Source: Camelus ferus
Taxonomy: Eukaryota
Assembly: GCF_009834535.1 (NCBI RefSeq)
Contig: NC_045697.1
Coordinates: forward strand, 119,166,001 to 119,230,000
Direction of reading: 5' to 3'
Length of the DNA stretch: 64,000 bases
In this document: one piece after another, positions 55,401 through 64,000 of the stretch
Layout: each line of letters begins with the position of its first letter
Numbering within the stretch: the stretch's first letter is position 1
Made by a program: the position numbers and the translations under genes
Notes under the pieces: generated by a model
What the model saw: only the letters and a program-made list of their open reading frames with translations
Databases searched by the model: none
What the model was told of the DNA's origin: nothing

Positions 55401-57790
55401 GGGAAGTACTAGCTCCAAATGGATTTTACCATGAATCTGCAGGAACTTCAAACCGGCACTAGGAAACAGACTGGAAACCAGAGTAAAAGTTTCTCCTGCA
55501 ACCCACTCCATTTTTGCCAAATGAACGAACGTCTCTCCACATGCTCATATCTGAGAAATAAGTGTGTGTGAAAGCCGTCCTTCTAATAGCTTGTTGGGAA
55601 CACAAAGTTCTTTTCAGTTGTTAAATCCTCTCCATACATATATATGGGGAGGTACTAGCTCCAAATCGATTTTAGAGTGAATCTGCAGGAAATTCAAACA
55701 GGCACTAGGATACAGACTGAGAAACCAGATTAAAAATTTCTCCTGAAAACCGTTCTTTTTCTGCTAGATGAACGAATGCCTCTCCACATGCTCAGTTCTG
55801 AGAGATAAGTGTGTATGAAAGCCGTCCTTCACCTATGTTTTTATGAACACAAAGTTTCTTTTCAGGTGCAAACACCAATACATATATATATATGGGGAGG
55901 AAATAGCTCCAGATTTTTTTACAGTGAAAACTGCAGGAACATCAAACCGCTACTAGGTAACAGAGTGAGATATCAGAGTAAATGTTACTCCTGCAACCCG
56001 TTCCATTTGTGCTAGATGAACGAACGTCTCTCCACATGCTCAGTTCTGGGAGATTAGTGTGTGTGAAAGCCGTTCTTCAACTAGCTTTTTGGGAACACAA
56101 AGATTCTTTTCAGTTGCAAACACCAATACATATATATATATTGGGAAGTACAATCTCCAACACAATTTTACTTTGAAAACTGCAGGAATTTCATAATGGA
56201 ACTTGGAAACAGACTGAGAAACCAGAGAAAAAGTTTCTCCTGCAACATATTCCCTTTGTGATAGATGAATGAACGTCTCCCCACATGCTCAGTTCTGAGA
56301 GATAATTGTGTGTATAAGCCGTCCTTCACATAACTTGTCGGTAACAGAAAGTTTTTTCAGTTGCAAACACCAATCCATACATATATATAGGGAGGTACTA
56401 GCTACAACTCGATTTTACAGTTATTCTGCAGGAACTTCAAACCGGCACTAGGAAACAGACTGAAAACTAGAATAAAAATTTCTCCTGCAAACCACGCCAT
56501 TTGTGCAAAATGAACGAACCTCTTTCCACATGCTCAGATCTGAGAGATAAGTGTGTGTGAATGCCGTCCTTCACCTAGCTTGTTGGGAACACAAAAAGTT
56601 TCTTTTCAGTTGCAAACTCCAACCATACATATATATTGGGAGGTATTAGCTCCAACTCGGTTTTACAGTGATAACTGCAGGAACTTCAAACCGGCATTGG
56701 GAAACACACTGAGAAACCAGAGTAAAAGTTTCTCCTGACACCCGTTCAATTTTTGCTAGATGAACGAACGTCTTTCCACATGCTCAGTTCTGAGAGTTAT
56801 GTGTTTGTGAAAGCCGTCCTTCACATAGCTTGTTGGGAACACAAAGACTCTTTTCAGTTGCAAATTCCACTCCATACATATATAAGGGAGGTACTAGCTC
56901 CAAAACGGTTTTACATTTAAAACTGCAGGAATTTTATACCGGAACCAGGAAACAGACTGAGAAACCAGAGAAAAAGTTTCTCCTGCAACCAGTTCCCTTT
57001 GTGCTAATGAACGAACGTCTCTCCACATGCTAATTTCGTAGAGGTAAATGTGTGTGAAAGCCGTTTTTCACTTATATTTTTGGGAACACAAAGTTTCTTT
57101 TAAATTGCAAACACCAATCCTTACATATATATAGGGAGGTACTAGCTCCAACTCGATTTTACAGTGAATCTGCAGGAACTTTAAAACGGCACTAGGAAAC
57201 AGACTGAAAACCAGAGTAAAAGTTTCTCCTGAAACCGGTTCACTTTGTGCTACATGAACCAACGTCTCTCCACATGCTCAGTTCTGAGAGATAAGTGTGT
57301 GTGAAAGCCGTACTTCACCTAGCTTGTTGGGAACACAAAGATTCTTTTCAGGTGCAAACTCCACTCCATATATATATATGGGGTGGTATTAGCTCCAACT
57401 CTGTTTGACTGTGAAAACTGCAGGAACTTCAAACTGGCACTAGGAAATATACTGAGAAACCAGAGAAATAGTTTCTCCGGCAACCCGTTTGTTTTTTGCT
57501 AGATGAACGAAAGTCTGTCCACATGCTCAGTTCTGAGAGATATGTGTGTGTGAAAGCCGTACTTCATAAAGCTTGTTGTGAACACAAAGTTTCTTTTTAG
57601 TTGCAAACTCAAATCCATAGGTATATGATTGAGGTACTAGCTCCAACTCAGTTTAACAGTGAAAACTGCAGGAATTTCCTACCGGAACTAGGAAACATAC
57701 TGAGAAACCAGAGTAAAAGTGGCTCCTGCCACCCGTTCCCTTTGTGCTAGATGAACGAACGTCTCTCCACATGCTCAATTCTGAGAGATA
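52468..57790 (-). repeat. Long-range duplicate of ~31418-36950
   Basis: Marker ORF offsets are 33474/54555 = 21081 and 35992/56830 = 36230/57068 = 20838. Shared private variants include CACATGCACTGTTC, GCTAATTTCGTAGAGG and ACACAAAAAGTTTC. Confidence 0.88.
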
Positions 57791-58079
57791 AGTGTGTGTG
57801 AAAGCCGTCCCTCACATAGCTTGTTGGGAACAGAAAGTTTCTTTTCAGTTGCAAACTCCAACCATACATATATATGGGGAGGTATTAGCTCCAACTCGGT
57901 TTTACAGTGATAACTGCAGGAACTTCAAACCGGCACTAGGAAACAGACTGAGAAACCAGATTAAAAATTTCTCCTGAAAACCGTTCTTTTTCTGCTAGAT
58001 GAATGAATGTCTCTCCACATGCTAAATTCTGAGAGATAAGTGTGTGTGAAAGCCGTCCTTCACCTAGCTTGTTGGGAAC

Positions 58080-61000
58080 ACAAAGTTTCTTTTCAGGTGC
58101 AAACTCCACTCCATATATATATATGGGGAGGCACTAGCTCCAACACAGTTTTACAGTGAAAACTACAGGAAATTCAAACCGGCACTAGGAAACAGACTGA
58201 GAAAACACAGTAAAAGTTTCACCTGCCAACGGTTCCCATTGTGCTAGATGAACGAAAGTCTCTCCACATGCTCTGTTCTGAGAGATAAGGGTGTGTGAAA
58301 GCCGTATTTAACCTAGCTTGTTGGGAACACACAGTTTCTTTTTAGTTGCAAACTCCACTCCAAACATATATAAGGGGAGGTACTAGCTCCAACTCGGTTT
58401 TACAGTGAAAATTGCAAAAATTTCATACCGGAACTAGGAAAAAGCCTGAGAATCCAGAGTAAAAGTTTACCCTGCAACCCGTTCCTATGTGCTATATGAA
58501 CGAACGTCTCTCCACATGCTCAGTTCTGAGAGATATTAGTGTGTGAATGCCGTACTTCACATAACTTTTTGGGAACAAATAGTTTCTTTTCAGTTGCAAA
58601 CTCCAATCCATACATATATATAGGGAAGTACTAGATCCAAATCGATTTTACAGTGAATCTGCAGGAACTTCAAACCGGCAATAGGAAACAGACTGAAAAC
58701 CTGAGTAAAAGTTTCTCCTGCAACCCACTCCATTTTTGCCAAATGAACGAATGTCTCTCCACATGCTCATATCTGAGAAATAAGTGTGTGTGAAAGCCGT
58801 CCTTCTAATAGCTTGTTGGGAACACAAAGTTTCTTTTCAGTTGCTAAATCCTCTCCATACATATATATGGGGAGGTACTAGCTCCAAATCGATTTTAGAG
58901 TGAATCTGAAGGAAATTCAAACAGGCACTAGGAAACAGACTGAGAAACCAGAGTAAAAGTTTCACCTGCAACCGTTTCACTTTGTTCTAGATGAATGAAC
59001 GTCTCTCCACATGATCAGTTCTGAGAGATAAGAGTGTATGAAAGCCGTCCTTCACCTATGTTTTTGGGAACACAAAGTTCCTTTTCAGCTGCAAACACCA
59101 TTACATATATATACATGGGGAGGAAATAGCTCCAAATTTTTTTACAGTGAAAAGTGCAGGAACATCAACCCGGTAATAGGTAACAGACTGAGATATCAGA
59201 GTAAATGTTTATCCTGCAACCCGTTCCATTTTTGCTAGATGAACGAAAGTCTCTCCACATGCTCAGTTCTGGGAGATAAGTGTGTGTGAAAGCCGTTCTT
59301 CAACTAGCTTTTTGGGAACACAAAGATTCTTTTCAGTTGCAAACACCAATACATATATATATATTGGGAAGTACAATCTCCAACACAATTTTACATTGAA
59401 AACTGCAGGAATTTCATACTGGAACTTGGAAACACACTGAGAAACCAGAGAAAAAGTTTCCCTTGCAACACATTCCCTTTGTGATAGATGAATGAACGTC
59501 TCCCCACATGCTCAGTTCTGAGAGATAATTGTGTGTAAAAGCCGTCCTTCAGATAACTTGTTGGGAACACAAAGTTTTTTTCAGTTGCAAACTGCAATCC
59601 ATACATATATATAGGGATGTACTAGCTACAACTCGATTTTACAGTGATTCTGCAGGAACTTCAAACCGGCACTAGGAAACAGACTGAAAACTAGAGTAAA
59701 AGTTTCTCCTGCAAACCACGCCATTTGTGCAAAATGAACGAACCTCTTTCCACATGCTCAGATCTGAGAGATAAGTGTGTGTGAAAGCCGTCCTTCACCT
59801 AGCTTGTTGGGAACACAAAGTTTCTTTTCAGTAGCTAAATCCACTCCATACATATATATGGGGAGGTACTAGCTCCAACTCGATTTTACAGTGAAAACTG
59901 CAGGAACTTCCAACCGGCACTAGGAAACAGACTGAGAAACCAGATTACAAATTTCTCCTGAAAACTGTTCTTTTTCTGCTAGCTGAACGAATGTCTCTCC
60001 ACATGCTCAGTTCTGAGAGATAAGTGTGTGTGAAAGCCGTCCCTCACATAGCTTGTTGGGAACAGAAAGTTTCTTTTCAGTTGCAAACTCCATTCCATAC
60101 AGATATATGGGGAGGTATTAGCTCCAACTCGGTTTTACAGTGATAACTGCAGGAACTTCAAAACCGACACTAGGAAACAGACTGAGAAACCAGATTAAAA
60201 ATTTCTCCTGAAAACCGTTCTTTTTCTGCTAGATGAATGAATGTCTCTCCACATGCTAAACTTTGAGAGGTAAGTGTGTGTGAAAGCAGTCCTTCAACGA
60301 GCTTGTTTGGAACACAAATTTTCTTTTAAGATGTAAACTCCAATCCATACATGTATATGTAGAGGTATTAGCTCCAAATGTGTTTTACAGTGAAAACTGC
60401 AGGAACTTAACCCCGGCACTAGGAAACATACTGAGAAACCACAGTAAAAGATTCTCCTGCAAACCATTCCCTTTGTGCTAGATGAACGAACGTCTCTCCA
60501 CATGCTCAGTTCTGAGTGATAATTTTGTGTGAAATCCTTCCTTCACCTAGCTTGTTGGGAACACAAAGTTTGTTTTCAGGTGAAAACTCCACACCATACA
60601 TATATACGGTGAGGTACTAGCTCCAAACTGGTTTTACAGTAAAACTGCAGGAACTTCAAACCGGCACTTGGAAAAAGAGTGAGTATCCAGAGTAAAAGTT
60701 TCTCCTGCAAACCGTTCACTATGTGCTAGATGAACGAAAGTCTCTCCACATGTTCAGTTCTGAGAGATAATTATGTGTGAAAGTCGTCCTTCACCTAGCT
60801 TTTTGGGAACACAAAGATTCTTTTCAGTTGCAAACTCCACACCATACATATATATGGGGAGGTAATAGATCCAAATCTGTTTTACAGTGAAAATTGAAGG
60901 AACTTCAAAACGGCAAAAGTAACAGACTGGACAACCAGAGTAAAAGTTTCTCCTGCATCCCGTTCACTTTTTGTTAGATGAACGAACGTCTCTCCACATG

Positions 61001-64000
61001 CTCAGATCTGAGAGTTAAGTGTGTGTGAAAGCCGTCCTTCTCATAACTTATTGGGAACAAAAAGATTCTTTTCAGTTGCTATATCCAATCCGTACATATA
61101 TATGGGGAGGAACTAGCTCCAAGTCGGTTTTACAGTGAAATATGCAGGAAATCCAAACCGGCACTAGGAAACAGACTGAGAAACCAGAGTAAAACTTTCA
61201 CCTGCAACTCGTTCAATTTTTGCTAGATGAATGAACGTCTGTCCACATGATCATTTCTGAGAGATAAGTGTGTGTGAAAGCCATCCTTCACCTATCTTGT
61301 TGGGAACACAAAGTTTCTTTTCAGGTGCAAACTCCACTCCATATATATATATATGGGGAGATACTAGCTCCAACACAGTTTTACAGTGAAAACTGCAGGA
61401 TCTTCAAACCGGCACTAGGAAACAGACTGAGAAACAGAGTAAAAGTTTCACCTGAAAACCGTTCCCATTGTGCTAGATGAACGAAAGTCTCTCCACATGC
61501 TCAGTTCTGAGAGATAAGGGTGTATGAAAGCCGTCCTTCACCTAAGTTTTTGGGAGCACAAAGTTTCTTTCAGGTGCAAACACCAATACATATATATATA
61601 TGGGGAGGAAATAGCTCCAGATTTTTTTACAGTGAAAACTGCAGGAACATCAAACCGGTACTAGGTAACAGACTGAGATATCAGAGTAAATGTTTCTCCT
61701 GCAACCCGTTCCATTTGTGCTAGATGAACGAACGTCTCTCCACATGCTCAGTTCTGGGAGATAAGTGTGTGTGAAAGCCGTTCTTCAACTAGCTTTTTGG
61801 GAACACAAAGATTCTTTTCAGTTGCAAACAACAATACATATATATATATGGGGATGTACAATCTCCAACACAGATTTACATTGAAAACTGCAGGAATTTC
61901 ATACTGGAACTTGGAAACAGACTGAGAAACCAGAGAAAAAGTTTCTCCTGCAACACATTCCCTTTGTGATAGATGAACGAACGTCTCCCCACATGCTCAG
62001 TTCTGAGAGATAATTGTGTGTAAAAGCCGTCCTTCACATAACTTGTTGGGAACACAAAGTTTCTTTTCAGTAGCTAAATCCACTCCATACATATATATGG
62101 GGAGGTACTAGCTCCAAATCGATTTTACAGTGATAACTGCAGGAACTACAAACCGGCACTGGGAAACACACTGAGAAACCAGAGTAAAAGTTTCTCCTGA
62201 AAACTGTTCTTTTTCTGCTAGATGAACGAATGTCTCTCCACATGCTCAGTTCTGAGAGAAAAGTGTGTGTGAAAGCCGTCCCTTACCTAGCTTTTTGGGA
62301 ACACAAAGGTTCTTTTCAGTGGCAAACTCCACTCCATACATATATAAGGGGAGGTACTAGCTCCAACTCGGTTTTACAGTGATAACGGCAGGAACTAAAA
62401 ACCGGCACTGGGAAACACACTGAGAAACCAGAGTAATAGTTTCTCCTGCAACCCGTTCCCTTTTTGCTAGATGAACGAACGTCTCTCCACATGCTAAATT
62501 GTGAGAGATACGTGTGTGTGAAAGCCGTCCTTCACCGAGCTTGCTGGGAACACAAAGTTTCTTTTAAGATTCAAACTCCACTCCATACTTATATATGTGG
62601 AGTTATTAGCTCCAACTGTGTTTTACAGTGAAAACTGCAGGAACTTAAAACCGGCACTAGGAAACAGACTGAGAAACAACAGTAAAAGATTCTCCTGCAA
62701 CCCGTTCCATTTGAGCTAGATGAACGAAAGTCCCTCCACATGCTCAGTTCTTTGTGATAAGTGTGTGTGAAGGCCTTCCTTCACCTAGCGTGTTGGGAAC
62801 ACAAAGTTTCTTTTCAGGTGCAATCTCCACTCCATACAAATATACGGTGAGGTACTAGCTCCAGAACGGTTTTACAGTAAAACTGCTTGAAGTTCAAACT
62901 GGCACTAGGAAACTGAATGAGTTTCCAGAGTAAAAGTTTGTCCTGCAAAACTTCACTTTGTGCTAAATGAACGAACGTCTCTACACATGCTCAGTTCTGA
63001 GAGATAAGTGTGTGTGAAAGCCGTCCTTCACCTTGCTTGTTGGGAACACAAAGATTCTTTTCAGTTGCAAACTCCACTCCTTACATATATATGGGGAGGT
63101 ACTAGCACCAACTCTGTTTTACAGTGAAAATTGCAGGAATTTCATAACGGCAAAAGTAACAGTCTGGGCAACCAGAGTAAAAGTTTCTCCTGCATCCCGT
63201 TCACTTTGTGTTAGATGAACGAACGTCTCTCCACATGCTCATTTGTGAGAAATAGTTGTGTGTGAAAGCCATCCTTCAACTAGTTTGATGAGAACACAAA
63301 GTTTCATTTGAGTTGCCAACTCCAATCCATATATATATATGGGGAGGTAATAGCTCCAAATTTTTTTACAGTGAAACCTGCAGGAACATCAAACCGGCAC
63401 TAGGTAACAGAATGAGATAGCAAAGTAAAAGTTTCTCCTGCAACCCGTTCCATTTGTGCTAGATGAGCAAAAGTCTCTCCACATGATTTGTTCTGAGAGA
63501 TAAGTGTCTGTGAAAGCCGTCCATCACCTAGATTGTTTTGAACACAAAGTTTCTTTTCAGGTGCCAACCACACTCCATAAATATGTATGGGGTTGTACTA
63601 GCTCCAAATCGGTTTTACAGTGAAAACTGCAGGAATTTTTTCCCAGAACCAGAAAACAGACTGAGAAACCAGAATAAAAGTTTCTCCTGCAACCCGTTCC
63701 CTTTGTGCTAGATGAACGAACGTCTTTCCACATGCTCAGTTCTGAGAAGTAAGTGTGTGTGAAACCGTTCTTCACCTATCTTATTGGGAACACAAAGTTT
63801 CTTTTCAGTTGCAAATTCCAATCCATACATCTATATAGGGGGGGTACTAGCTCCAACTCGATTTTACAGTGAAAACTGCAGGAACTTCCAACCGGCACTA
63901 GGAAACAGAGTGAGAATCCAGAGTAAAATTTTCTCCTGCAAACCGTTCAATTTGTGCTAGATGAACGAAAGTCTCTCCACATGTTGAGTTCTGAGAGATA
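58080..64000 (-). repeat. Long-range duplicate of ~41955-47867
   Basis: Marker ORF pairs 42912/59038, 43265/59391, 44168/60294 and 45394/61520 all have offset 16126. The pair 47425/63557 has offset 16132. Confidence 0.9.

Larger units (their letters stand above)
31418..64000 (-). repeat. Same satellite, reverse orientation (contig 3), continuing past the window end
   Basis: Landmarks appear as reverse complements (GCTAGATGAACGAACGTCTCTCCACATGCTC, CTTGTTGGGAACACAAAG, GAAACCAGAGTAAAA) every ~248 bp. Confidence 0.98.

Noticed and set aside
253..63775. All short ORFs (60-114 aa) in the supplied track as protein-coding genes or a peptide family
   Set aside because: They occur in several frames on both strands, are translations of the monomer, are broken by frameshifts and stops between copies, and some run through N gaps. 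I used them only as positional markers.
1..64000. CRISPR array, integron cassette array or other repeat-spacer system
   Set aside because: The whole 249 bp unit is homologous between copies. There are no unique spacers and no cas, integrase or other genes.
1..64000. Assignment to primate alpha satellite or another named family or species
   Set aside because: The period is ~249 bp rather than ~171 bp, and only short words (TCTCAGAA, CTTTGTG) are reminiscent. I cannot name the family without a database search.
1..64000. Tandem tRNA, 5S rRNA or snRNA gene cluster
   Set aside because: I recognised no such RNA sequence or fold in the consensus, and substitutions are spread over the whole unit. 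An Rfam/Infernal scan would be the formal test.

Overview
The whole 64 kb window is one eukaryotic-type tandem satellite array of roughly 257 diverged copies of a ~248-249 bp monomer. It is broken by two 100-N assembly gaps (20151-20250 and 31318-31417). My eye-read consensus is TTTTACTCTGGTTTCTCAGTCTGTTTCCTAGTGCCGGTTTGAAGTTCCTGCAGTTTTCACTGTAAAACCGAGTTGGAGCTAGTACCTCCCCATATATATGTATGGAGTGGAGTTTGCAACTGAAAAGAAACTTTGTGTTCCCAACAAGCTAGGTGAAGGACGGCTTTCACACACACTTATCTCTCAGAACTGAGCATGTGGAGAGACGTTCGTTCATCTAGCACAAAGGGAACGGGTTGCAGGAGAAAC (249 bp). Monomers run on the + strand up to 31317 and on the - strand from 31418. I found no credible genes, RNA genes, transposons or CRISPR arrays, and every ORF in the track is a translation of the satellite. 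The interest lies in the nested higher-order structure. The left array has an 18/21-mer higher-order repeat (HOR) and a 13-monomer-offset duplication. The right array has a 13-mer HOR with 10/16/17/26-mer variants and a ~21 kb super-unit. All rearrangements I could trace are in whole-monomer register. The first gap appears to hide a false duplication (unmerged contig overlap). I cannot name the satellite family or the species. A centromeric or pericentromeric location is inference only. All alignments were done by eye, with ORF-track offsets as rulers, so breakpoints are approximate.
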